Shown here piece by piece: positions 6,438 to 14,240 of a stretch of DNA of 32,000 nt. Each line of letters opens with the position of its first letter. Within the stretch, counting starts at the first letter, position 1. Both the position numbers and the translations under genes were made by a program. The notes beneath the pieces are model-generated. The model was not told the DNA's origin and did not search any database. It saw only the letters and a program-made list of their open reading frames with translations. The DNA comes from a virus. Location: IMG/VR virus record IMGVR_UViG_3300032770_000004, positions 47,375-79,374 of that record; one strand, 5' to 3'.

Positions 6438-6658
6438 AAAAGACCAAGAAGAAGCTCAAGACAGTAATCAGCGCTAACAAGCGCTGGGAAAGCGGTACAG
6501 ATCATCATCCAAAGTCCGTTGCTCTTTTCGAGAAGATCCGCAAGGTCGTCGACTGGAAAGATCGCGGCGACGGTGACAATGGCGAAGAGCTAATGTATCA
6601 GCTTGATGTCATTTTCGAAGCCAAGGAAAACAAAGAGAGCAAGCTAATCTTTGGGTGA
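6434..6658 (+). CDS. hypothetical protein
   Basis: ATGA overlap; ORF track. Confidence 0.65.
   Translation: MKKTKKKLKTVISANKRWESGTDHHPKSVALFEKIRKVVDWKDRGDGDNGEELMYQLDVIFEAKENKESKLIFG
6645..6650 (+). promoter_or_regulatory. TAATCT element 11 nt upstream of ATG 6662
   Basis: Recurrent motif; see findings. Confidence 0.35.
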
Positions 6659-6661
6659 CGC

Positions 6662-7153
6662 ATGTGGTTTCAGAAGTGGCTGCTGTACGGTTGTATCGGT
6701 CTCCTCATTGAAGTCTGGTTCACCTCGATTAGCTCGCTACTTCGACGCCACTGGAAGCTCACTGGTGTTACCTATCTGTGGATGATACTCCCATATGGTG
6801 GCGTGGCTATTCTTTCTGAACTCGTTTGGGATACGCTTGATCCTGCTCTCCTGGGAATGGGTTGGGGCCGATATCTCGTCATTGCATTGATCCTGGTGCC
6901 TCTTTGGTACGGTGCAGAAGCCCTATCGGCATGGACTATCAAGACCAGCACGCACTGGTTACAGAAATGGTTTGGTGGAACTGGTGGTGGTGTGATTCCC
7001 TGGGAATATGACAAATCGAAGTGGTCACCAGCTGGAATGATCAATCTCAAGTACTTCCCGTTCTGGCTTCTTCTGGCGTGCGTTTTTGGGCCGCTATCTG
7101 GTATACTGCAACGCGTTCTGCACTTTTTGTCAACGCAGACGGTAGGAAAATAA
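6662..7153 (+). CDS. polytopic membrane protein
   Basis: ORF track; 4-5 hydrophobic segments. Confidence 0.7.
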   Translation: MWFQKWLLYGCIGLLIEVWFTSISSLLRRHWKLTGVTYLWMILPYGGVAILSELVWDTLDPALLGMGWGRYLVIALILVPLWYGAEALSAWTIKTSTHWLQKWFGGTGGGVIPWEYDKSKWSPAGMINLKYFPFWLLLACVFGPLSGILQRVLHFLSTQTVGK

Positions 7154-7716
7154 TGGAAACAGTTGAACTACATCCTGAAGTACAAGCAATTCTGAATCAG
7201 ATTCCTGACGACAAGACTCGTCGCCTCTACTCACAAGTGATTCATCCCGATCTGCGACTCGAAGCCCAAAAGGTGATCGCTACTCGTCTAGTTAAGGGCT
7301 ACGTTGGTTACACCACTGAAGAGCTAGAGGAACGTCGAAAGAAGGCGCTTGATGACCATTTTTCGGTAACTCCTGAGGAGCGAAAGAAGGATAATGAACG
7401 TGTGATGGAAAAGCTCGCTGCCAGCAATGCTGCTGCTGTACGCGATGCCAATCTATTCGGAGCTGATGCTCAATGGACTATCGATCAGGTCAATGAAGGG
7501 AACTACCACCGTGAACCCGTACTCAATCTTGCTGTTCTTGGTACTCTTGGAGTAGGTAGGGGCGTTACCGGTACCTTCGTTGTCGAAGCTGAAGACGGTA
7601 AGGTTTTGACCGCCTTTAGAATCACTGAACCCGTGCGTGAAGCCCGTACGTTCTGGGGCAAGGTTAAGGCCTTTTTCAAAGGGCAAGTCGCACTCTTCCG
7701 AGGGCTATTCGCGTGA
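7153..7716 (+). CDS. hypothetical protein
   Basis: TAATG overlap at 7153. The ORF-track start at 7021 overlaps the membrane gene. Confidence 0.65.
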   Translation: METVELHPEVQAILNQIPDDKTRRLYSQVIHPDLRLEAQKVIATRLVKGYVGYTTEELEERRKKALDDHFSVTPEERKKDNERVMEKLAASNAAAVRDANLFGADAQWTIDQVNEGNYHREPVLNLAVLGTLGVGRGVTGTFVVEAEDGKVLTAFRITEPVREARTFWGKVKAFFKGQVALFRGLFA

Positions 7717-8066
7717 GTGAAGAATATGATGAGTATGCCAAGATGAAGGCCGCTGTGGAGTCATTCCGCAGCAAGATTGTTCACGAGCATCTGCGTGCGC
7801 TATACGACAAGCTACCTTTCCAGTTTCAGTTTCTCGCCATTAGTAAGTTGACACTCATGCCGACAGATAAGGCAGAAAAGCACCTCAACCAACTCCTGGC
7901 TTATGTAGAGAGGCTCAAGGCCGCAGAGTTGAAGCACCTCTCGCCTCTTTTGACTCAGGTTGATCAGACGACCGGCCAGACACAGATTCCTGATCGCGTG
8001 ATGGAAGATCTCGATGAGTTTTACGAGAAAGTTGATCGCACTCTCAAAATCATCATAGGTAGCTAA
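7713..8066 (+). CDS. hypothetical protein
   Basis: GTGA overlap (GTG start); ORF track. Confidence 0.55.
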   Translation: MSEEYDEYAKMKAAVESFRSKIVHEHLRALYDKLPFQFQFLAISKLTLMPTDKAEKHLNQLLAYVERLKAAELKHLSPLLTQVDQTTGQTQIPDRVMEDLDEFYEKVDRTLKIIIGS

Positions 8067-8266
8067 TGCTTATCGCCAAGATCGTTGTTTTGTACCTAGT
8101 TTTCTCGTTGGTCTGGCTCGGCGGGTGGTGGGTCTATGGCTATACGGCCGATGATCCATCAGGAGACGGTAGGATCGCCGCATTCTTCATGGGCTTGATG
8201 CCAATTCTTTGGCCCATTCTGCTGTTTCGCTGGATTCGGGATCGCAACCAGGAAGACGAAGAATGA
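8066..8266 (+). CDS. small membrane protein
   Basis: TAATG overlap; two hydrophobic helices. Confidence 0.65.
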   Translation: MLIAKIVVLYLVFSLVWLGGWWVYGYTADDPSGDGRIAAFFMGLMPILWPILLFRWIRDRNQEDEE

Positions 8267-8730
8267 AGAAGGTAGCCGTAACGCCCAACCGTATAGCCAT
8301 CGTGGATGACGGAGACTTTGAGAAGGTTTCTGGTTATTCTTGGAATCTACATAGCCAAGGTTATGCGACCGCTTATGTCGGCGGTGGGCGCAAGAAGCAG
8401 GCTTATGTTCTAATGCACCACTTAGTGGTGGGTAAGAACGTTGAAACCGATCACGTTAATGGCAACAAGCTCGATAATCAGCGCGCCAATTTGAGGCAGT
8501 GTTCCAGATCTCAGAACAACGCAAATCAGCGCAAGACTCGCGGATCTTCAAAATTTAAAGGTGTAAGGTTTCACAAGCAAAATCGCAAATGGACCGCCCA
8601 AATAGGCTTCAACAAAAAAAGCAAGTATTTGGGATCTTTTGATACTGAACTTGAGGCAGCTAGAGCTTATGATGTAGCAGCTAAAGAGCTTTTTGGAGTT
8701 TTTGCTCGCCTCAATTTGGAGGCAGAGTGA
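8263..8730 (+). CDS. HNH endonuclease with AP2-type DNA-binding domain
   Basis: Motifs: MHHLVVG...TDHVNGNKLDNQRANLRQCSRSQN (HNH_3-like), followed by KFKGVRFHKQNRKWTAQIGFNKKSKYLGSFDTELEAARAYDVAAKELFG (AP2-like). ATGA overlap at 8263. Confidence 0.85.
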   Translation: MKKVAVTPNRIAIVDDGDFEKVSGYSWNLHSQGYATAYVGGGRKKQAYVLMHHLVVGKNVETDHVNGNKLDNQRANLRQCSRSQNNANQRKTRGSSKFKGVRFHKQNRKWTAQIGFNKKSKYLGSFDTELEAARAYDVAAKELFGVFARLNLEAE

Positions 8731-9656
8731 TTACAGCAAGAGTAATAGCGGATTCGATTTATGAGGGCGGTATTCGTCTAACTACAATGATTTGGCGATA
8801 TCCAAGGTTTATTCATAGTGAGGTTATGACTCACAGAATGTTCAGCCGAAATGCTTCAAGCTCGCGTGCTATTCCTGTCGAGAAGATGATTGCGGCGGTA
8901 ATGGCCGATCCTGCCATGCCCGTGTTCTGGGGTAAAAACCAGCCGGGCATGCAGGCTGCTGAAGAGCTTGCGATGTACATTCCGGTACCTGAAGGCTATA
9001 AGGGTGAAAAGTTCATGTCGCTATCGCCCAAGCTTCCAGGGCCTAGAATGGAAGCGCAAGCAGAATGGCTTAAAGCTCGTGATCACGCAGTCGAGCATGT
9101 CAAGAAGTTGATGGAAATTGGTCTCCACAAACAGATCGCCAATCGTATTCTTGAGCCCTGGATGCACATCGAAGTTGTGGTGACAGCTACTGACTGGGCC
9201 AACTTCTATGCCCTGCGTCGTGACAAGAATGCTCAACCCGAAATGCAGGCTCTAGCGAACGCTGCCTTTGAAGTTCACAGCAAGTCTGTGCCGCGTATCC
9301 TGAAGCCAGGAGAATGGCATCTGCCTTTTGTCAGTCTCGATGAACAGGCTCGCACCTTAGATGCCCACGAATTTATCGACTGGGAGCTGCTATGTAAGAT
9401 AAGTGCTGCCCGATGTGCGCGCGTATCCTACTTGAAGCATGACGGCACCAAGGCGAGCGTCAATGAAGACCTAGAGCTGTTCAATCGCCTCATGGGTGGC
9501 GAGATTAAGCACGCCAGTCCCACGGAACATCAAGCGAAAGTACCAAGAGATCAAGAAGAATCAGAACATTACCGAAGCAATCTTTATAGATGGGTGAGTT
9601 TCCGTAAGCTCATTCCAGGGGAAAACATCAGTGAATTCAAAGAATTCAAACGGTAG
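8727..9656 (+). CDS. thyX: flavin-dependent thymidylate synthase ThyX
   Basis: The ThyX signature RHRxxSxxxxSxR is present as THRMFSRNASSSR. GTGA overlap start; a later ATG start is possible. Confidence 0.85.
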   Translation: MITARVIADSIYEGGIRLTTMIWRYPRFIHSEVMTHRMFSRNASSSRAIPVEKMIAAVMADPAMPVFWGKNQPGMQAAEELAMYIPVPEGYKGEKFMSLSPKLPGPRMEAQAEWLKARDHAVEHVKKLMEIGLHKQIANRILEPWMHIEVVVTATDWANFYALRRDKNAQPEMQALANAAFEVHSKSVPRILKPGEWHLPFVSLDEQARTLDAHEFIDWELLCKISAARCARVSYLKHDGTKASVNEDLELFNRLMGGEIKHASPTEHQAKVPRDQEESEHYRSNLYRWVSFRKLIPGENISEFKEFKR

Positions 9657-10080
9657 GGTCTACAAAACTACAGAAGCGCAACGCCGATACATGGCCAAGA
9701 GGCGTCAAGATCCCGAGTATCGAGCACGCCAAAAGGTCTATTTAGAAAAGTGGCATCAAGATCCCGAGAACCATGAAAGAAAAAAGAAAACTGACGCTCA
9801 GTGGTACAACCAAAACGCTCGCCGCATCATTCTAGAACGAAAGGGCTTGACACAGGAACAGTACGATGCGATGGTTCAAAAACAGCAGGGACTCTGTGCC
9901 ATTTGTGGTGGCCCACCAAGAGGTCGATGGAAGAATCACTTGATGGTAGACCATGATCACAGTACCCAAGAAGTACGAGGGCTGCTTTGTACTTGGTGTA
10001 ATTTAGGATTAGGAAAATTTCAGGATAATCCCGAGCTTCTAGAAAAGGCGGCTCAATACCTTAGAAGAAACACACGATGA
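9631..10080 (+). CDS. endonuclease VII-type HNH nuclease
   Basis: Motif: GLCAICGG...MVDHDHSTQEVRGLLCTWCNLGLGKF...AAQYL. GTG start 9631 overlaps the thyX end; alternative ATG at 9691. Confidence 0.8.
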   Translation: MNSKNSNGRVYKTTEAQRRYMAKRRQDPEYRARQKVYLEKWHQDPENHERKKKTDAQWYNQNARRIILERKGLTQEQYDAMVQKQQGLCAICGGPPRGRWKNHLMVDHDHSTQEVRGLLCTWCNLGLGKFQDNPELLEKAAQYLRRNTR

Positions 10081-10679
10081 ATCTACACCTACTATTTAAC
10101 CTTTATAACCTTTATGTCTGCGTCGCGATCATTGCATTCTTAGTAGGCGTCGTACTGACGATTTACGACAAGGCGACAGGAGTTGGTGGCTTTCCCGCTA
10201 CTCCTGTCGGCTGGCTCGGCCTTCTGATTGTTGCTGCCATTCTGAGCGCCTTCTGGCTTCCTGTGGTGGTCATTGGTGGATTGTTATTCCTCTTCGTGAT
10301 GGTCGATGACAAACTGCACGAATGGCGCTTGGTCGCGAGAGCCCGAGCGCAAAGGAAGGCCAATAACGTATGTGTTGAGTGCGATCGGCCGTTAAGTTCG
10401 GCCACATACGATCCTGAGCATTACAAGGTAGTCCGTAAGACAAAGCACGTGTATGATCCATTCTACGATAAAGTTATTTCCATTGCGGAATTCAAAAGGC
10501 TGACTGACATCGAGAGGGAATTCAAAAAGTTGAATAAAGCATACAACAAACGTGTTATGGAGTGGCATGATCATCCCAAAAAATACGAGCATCCGGTACC
10601 CACCGAGGCCATTTACGGCTGCTACTGCCTGCATTGTGATGCGCTTCGTCGCTCGAAAGGCCTGATTGGTGAGCGGTAA
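10077..10679 (+). CDS. membrane-anchored protein with C-terminal Cys pairs
   Basis: ATGA overlap; two N-terminal TM segments; motifs CVECD...CLHCD. Confidence 0.65.
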   Translation: MNLHLLFNLYNLYVCVAIIAFLVGVVLTIYDKATGVGGFPATPVGWLGLLIVAAILSAFWLPVVVIGGLLFLFVMVDDKLHEWRLVARARAQRKANNVCVECDRPLSSATYDPEHYKVVRKTKHVYDPFYDKVISIAEFKRLTDIEREFKKLNKAYNKRVMEWHDHPKKYEHPVPTEAIYGCYCLHCDALRRSKGLIGER

Positions 10680-11020
10680 TGGAAACGCCCCCTAAAGTCA
10701 TTGTCGATCCAGAAGTACTGGAGAGCTTTCTGAAGACGCTCGACGACATGAAGGCAAACAATGCACTCACCGAAGCTCAGTACTATATGTGCGTGTTGAC
10801 AATGGCCTACGAGTTCCTTATCAAGCACCATAACGTCGACAGAACGATGGCACTCCTGAATGTTCCTACACCAGAGTACTATAGGGGAGCATTCAAGGAA
10901 CAAGTGCATGATGACAAACTGTTCGCCCATTCGATGTTCACTCTCGTTTACAACTTGATTGCTCTCGGCCTGACTGATATAGAGCTAGAGAAGCCGAATC
11001 AACCGGCTGCTGAGGCATAA
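10679..11020 (+). CDS. hypothetical protein
   Basis: TAATG overlap; ORF track. Confidence 0.65.
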   Translation: METPPKVIVDPEVLESFLKTLDDMKANNALTEAQYYMCVLTMAYEFLIKHHNVDRTMALLNVPTPEYYRGAFKEQVHDDKLFAHSMFTLVYNLIALGLTDIELEKPNQPAAEA

Positions 11021-11176
11021 ATGGCTGACGAAAACACCATGGCCGAGTTCCTTGATGAAATGAAGATTAAGCTTCTCCAGCAATACTCGATGCCGTTAAA
11101 GACAAAGTTGATCCATATGGAGAATTCTAATGAAAGACGAAAAGGTAACACAAGTTCAAATCAACGTTTCAGGTGA
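11021..11176 (+). CDS. possible 51-aa ORF
   Basis: The ATG directly follows the upstream TAA, with GAGG 5 nt upstream. It overlaps the next gene by 47 nt, so it is uncertain. Confidence 0.3.
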   Translation: MADENTMAEFLDEMKIKLLQQYSMPLKTKLIHMENSNERRKGNTSSNQRFR

Positions 11177-11519
11177 GGATGCTGCTGCGCGTGCTCTCAT
11201 TGCCCAGCAGATTGTCGGCTGGCTACGAGCTGGGGGCTTCCAGGTTGGCCAAAAGGACCCGGAGACCGTTCAGACCTATATCCGCCTGCCTGATGTAGCT
11301 CGCAATACGGTGGTGAGCGTGGCTTCTGCGAAGTCTCAGCCCCTTACCGCCGATCAGGTCTTGGCACTCTTCAAGGACCCTAAGGTTCCTAACCTCAACG
11401 ACCTTGTCGAGCTGTTCTCCAAGGATCCGATTTTGAAGGCCCAGGTCGATGCGGCCCTCAAGACTCCACTGGATCCTGTGCTTGGTGGAACCCAGGTCTT
11501 CGAGCCTCCTAAGGAGTAA
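11130..11519 (+). CDS. hypothetical protein
   Basis: GGAG lies 7 nt upstream; ORF track. Confidence 0.7.
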   Translation: MKDEKVTQVQINVSGEDAAARALIAQQIVGWLRAGGFQVGQKDPETVQTYIRLPDVARNTVVSVASAKSQPLTADQVLALFKDPKVPNLNDLVELFSKDPILKAQVDAALKTPLDPVLGGTQVFEPPKE

Positions 11520-11522
11520 CCA

Positions 11523-11930
11523 ATGGAAGATAAGTTGTGGCGATTCGTCTCTTGTGTTTTGCTGAATCGCGGCGAGCAATTCGAGTTGACCGATTTTCGC
11601 TTTGAGAACCCTGTGCCTGTCAAACTTGATGGCAAGCTAGTAGGATTCTGCTGCTTACACGATGAATCTGATAGCACTACTGGATTCAATCGACGAGGTG
11701 TGATTTGGGGCGAGTTTGCTGTCGAGTATTCGATTCCTACCCGCCTAGATGTCGAAAACGGGGCGAAGGTCTGGACGCTTCCCCATGTTTCCCTAGAGAA
11801 CTGGATTCAGGTCTCGCGTGCGGGTTCTCCCGATGCCGCCAAGCTAATGCCTCAGATTGGCAAAATCACTCACATCGAGTTGCGATCCGATTGTGATGAC
11901 AAAAATATGCTGGCAATTGGAGAGTGGTGA
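11523..11930 (+). CDS. hypothetical protein
   Basis: AAGGAG SD; ORF track. Confidence 0.7.
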   Translation: MEDKLWRFVSCVLLNRGEQFELTDFRFENPVPVKLDGKLVGFCCLHDESDSTTGFNRRGVIWGEFAVEYSIPTRLDVENGAKVWTLPHVSLENWIQVSRAGSPDAAKLMPQIGKITHIELRSDCDDKNMLAIGEW

Positions 11931-11937
11931 GGAATCT

Positions 11938-12021
11938 ATGGGCAAGGCAAAAGCCAAGAAACCGTGTGATGCCACAGCGGAAATATATCGCGATCTCGCC
12001 AAGAAGCTGAGCAAGGAATGA
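11938..12021 (+). CDS. possible 27-aa basic peptide
   Basis: GAGGAA upstream. The ATGA overlap with the next gene suggests coupling. Confidence 0.35.
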   Translation: MGKAKAKKPCDATAEIYRDLAKKLSKE

Positions 12022-12251
12022 GTAATCTACCCTGGTACCAGCGTCCGATTTTCCGAACATTCTCGTTCTGGGCGTGTGTGGTAGGATGTTGGCTGGACGT
12101 TAGCCTGTCCTATATATGCACGAAGATCCCGGAGCTTCATAGATGGGTTGGATACTGGTTGTTCTTTGCGTCTGTTTTTGCTCTGGGTGCGGTTATGCAT
12201 TGGGCCGCAGATCATTATCTTCGAAAGGAACGAGCGAGTACAAAGAAGTGA
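12018..12251 (+). CDS. small membrane protein
   Basis: ORF track; two hydrophobic helices. Confidence 0.6.
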   Translation: MSNLPWYQRPIFRTFSFWACVVGCWLDVSLSYICTKIPELHRWVGYWLFFASVFALGAVMHWAADHYLRKERASTKK

Positions 12252-12478
12252 AAGTAGTTACCAAGAATGCCCCGTTGTCAAAAATGGAGCTGATAAAGGA
12301 ACTGGTCGACGATGTCATTGAAGCTCAAAATGAGCTTCGTGACTTCTGGGAATCCGGAGATATGAAATCACCCGGTGCTGTCTCGCAAGACTTTCTTGAT
12401 CGGCTCGAAGTGGTGGAACACCATTACAACCTAGCATACGAAAAACTCTTGACCGCTATATCCAAGGAGATCGAATAA
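12248..12478 (+). CDS. hypothetical protein
   Basis: GTGA overlap start at 12248, or ATG at 12284. The ORF-track start at 12143 overlaps the membrane gene. Confidence 0.5.
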   Translation: MKVVTKNAPLSKMELIKELVDDVIEAQNELRDFWESGDMKSPGAVSQDFLDRLEVVEHHYNLAYEKLLTAISKEIE

Positions 12479-12702
12479 TGCCATTCAAACTAGTCAAGCC
12501 ATTTCCACCGCTATGTCGTCACAAAGACCATTTGCCGCCCGATATCAGGACGTTGAATCACTATGATCCTGGTGAATATGAGCACGAGTGTCCAGATTGC
12601 CACGAAAAACGTTTCTTCCAAGTCCTAGAGCATTACGATAAGGACGGAGCTGTTACAAAGGCATCTTTCGAAGTGACTTATACCAATAGGGCTCGTGGAT
12701 AA
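12478..12702 (+). CDS. hypothetical protein with CPDCH motif
   Basis: AAGGAG SD; TAATG overlap. Confidence 0.7.
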   Translation: MPFKLVKPFPPLCRHKDHLPPDIRTLNHYDPGEYEHECPDCHEKRFFQVLEHYDKDGAVTKASFEVTYTNRARG

Positions 12703-12711
12703 GCTGAACCT

Positions 12712-12718
12712 GTAATCT
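12712..12718 (+). promoter_or_regulatory. GTAATCT element 7 nt upstream of ATG 12726
   Basis: Intergenic, with no SD between it and the ATG. Confidence 0.45.
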
Positions 12719-12725
12719 TGCTGGT

Positions 12726-13136
12726 ATGTTACTATCAGCTCGAATGCTTAAAGACGTTGCGAACGTCAACGTATGGGAACCAGATACGCAGCTCAGTTGG
12801 ACTGAAGGCGATCAGCTTACCATCTACTTCCAACTCGTTGATATGTCGGTGGATAAGCCAGACCAAGGCTTCAATCCGCCTGGACGTCGTTACGTTCCTG
12901 CATCCGGTGCTACTCTCTCAGTCACTCTAGAGAACATTGACCAAGCCAAACAGCTAACTCGTTTTGCTGTACAGCCCTTTACTGGCGACGGAAGCATTTG
13001 GTCTCTTTCCATCATGAGCACCGATGTCATTCGTGGAACACCTCAGATGCGTCTCACTCTGACTGAAGGTGGCGTGGTCACTCGCGGTCTAGCCAAGTGC
13101 TCGATCAAGATTTGGCCCCAGGAGAACGTGACCTAA
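12726..13136 (+). CDS. hypothetical protein, possibly virion-associated
   Basis: ORF track. First gene after an intergenic gap that carries GTAATCT. Confidence 0.65.
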   Translation: MLLSARMLKDVANVNVWEPDTQLSWTEGDQLTIYFQLVDMSVDKPDQGFNPPGRRYVPASGATLSVTLENIDQAKQLTRFAVQPFTGDGSIWSLSIMSTDVIRGTPQMRLTLTEGGVVTRGLAKCSIKIWPQENVT

Positions 13137-13981
13137 TGGCATCTGATTACTCTAACAGCAAAGGCTTAAATGCCCCTGGCGTATATCCCGAAAACGCAGT
13201 AGACGCCGAGCTTCAGCGTCTAGAGCCCATCATCGGATTCGACGAGATTGTCTCCCGACACCTCTTCGGCATTCCCATGGTTAGCTACATGAAGGATCCA
13301 ATCACCGGCAAGAACGCCGTGATGACTCCAGAAATGGTCAAAGACATCATTGATGGAGCTGTACAGCAGGCCGAGGTTGAATGCAAGATTGACATCAGCC
13401 CCGTCAAGAGATCCGAAAAGTATCCGTTTGACAGGCATCTCTATGACTCCTACGGTTACTTCCAGGTCTTTCACCGTCCTGTCACTAGCATTACTAAGAT
13501 TTCGGTAACTCCTGCCAATCAGCAAGACGTTTACATTCTTCCTTTGGACTGGGTTGAAATGGGAAACATCATCCGTGGGCAGATTAATATCATCCCCATG
13601 ACAGCCGCCTTCATTCAGGGTGGTTACATTCCTGCCGGTTCAACTGGAGGCGCCTTCTTCTTGGCGATTCTCGGTAACCGAGCCTGGATTCCTGCATACT
13701 GGCAGATTGACTACACGAGCGGCTATCCTGATGGAATGGTACCTCGTATTGTCAACGAGCTGATCGGCACTATCGCAGCTCAGGAAATCCTGAGTATGCT
13801 AGCGGCTACCTATCGCATTTCATCCCACAGCATGGGTCTAGATGGCATGTCACAGAGTGTCTCACAGCCAGGACCCCAGATTTTCCAGGTGCGAATTGAA
13901 GACTTGGAGAACAAGAAAAAGCGCTTGACAAATCGTATCAAGGCGCTATATGGCCGCAAGATCTACACCTCGTCCTTGTAA
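13136..13981 (+). CDS. hypothetical protein, probable virion structural protein
   Basis: AGGAG SD; TAATG overlap at 13136. The structural role is inferred from context only. Confidence 0.65.
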   Translation: MASDYSNSKGLNAPGVYPENAVDAELQRLEPIIGFDEIVSRHLFGIPMVSYMKDPITGKNAVMTPEMVKDIIDGAVQQAEVECKIDISPVKRSEKYPFDRHLYDSYGYFQVFHRPVTSITKISVTPANQQDVYILPLDWVEMGNIIRGQINIIPMTAAFIQGGYIPAGSTGGAFFLAILGNRAWIPAYWQIDYTSGYPDGMVPRIVNELIGTIAAQEILSMLAATYRISSHSMGLDGMSQSVSQPGPQIFQVRIEDLENKKKRLTNRIKALYGRKIYTSSL

Positions 13982-13987
13982 GGTGCC

Positions 13988-14230
13988 ATGTTTAAAGAAT
14001 TCTTCATCATTACAGTTTGCCTCTTCTTCGGTGCCTGCGCCAGCTGGCAGCCTACGCCTCACGCAATCATGCGTCGTCAGGCCGAAGGCGAGCTGCGTGC
14101 CTGCATCATGGGCCAGTGCAATCGCATCAAGCAGTGTCTGAAGGAATCAGTGGTCAACTGCCGAAAGGTAGGACTAGAGGCTTCATGTGGTGCAGACGGC
14201 CTATTCATTGACCCCGTCGTTTGTAAGTGA
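13988..14230 (+). CDS. Cys-rich lipoprotein
   Basis: Signal peptide with lipobox: MFKEFFIITVCLFFGAC. Six further Cys residues in the mature part. Confidence 0.65.
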   Translation: MFKEFFIITVCLFFGACASWQPTPHAIMRRQAEGELRACIMGQCNRIKQCLKESVVNCRKVGLEASCGADGLFIDPVVCK

Positions 14231-14240
14231 GGTACAGTGA

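Noticed and set aside
12022-12028. A GTAATCT copy just inside the 12018 ORF, and five reverse-strand TTAATCT copies (5068, 5940, 9502, 11064, 13581).
   Set aside because: No start codon or tRNA follows at the characteristic distance, and all lie inside coding sequence. I treat them as background occurrences of the hexamer.
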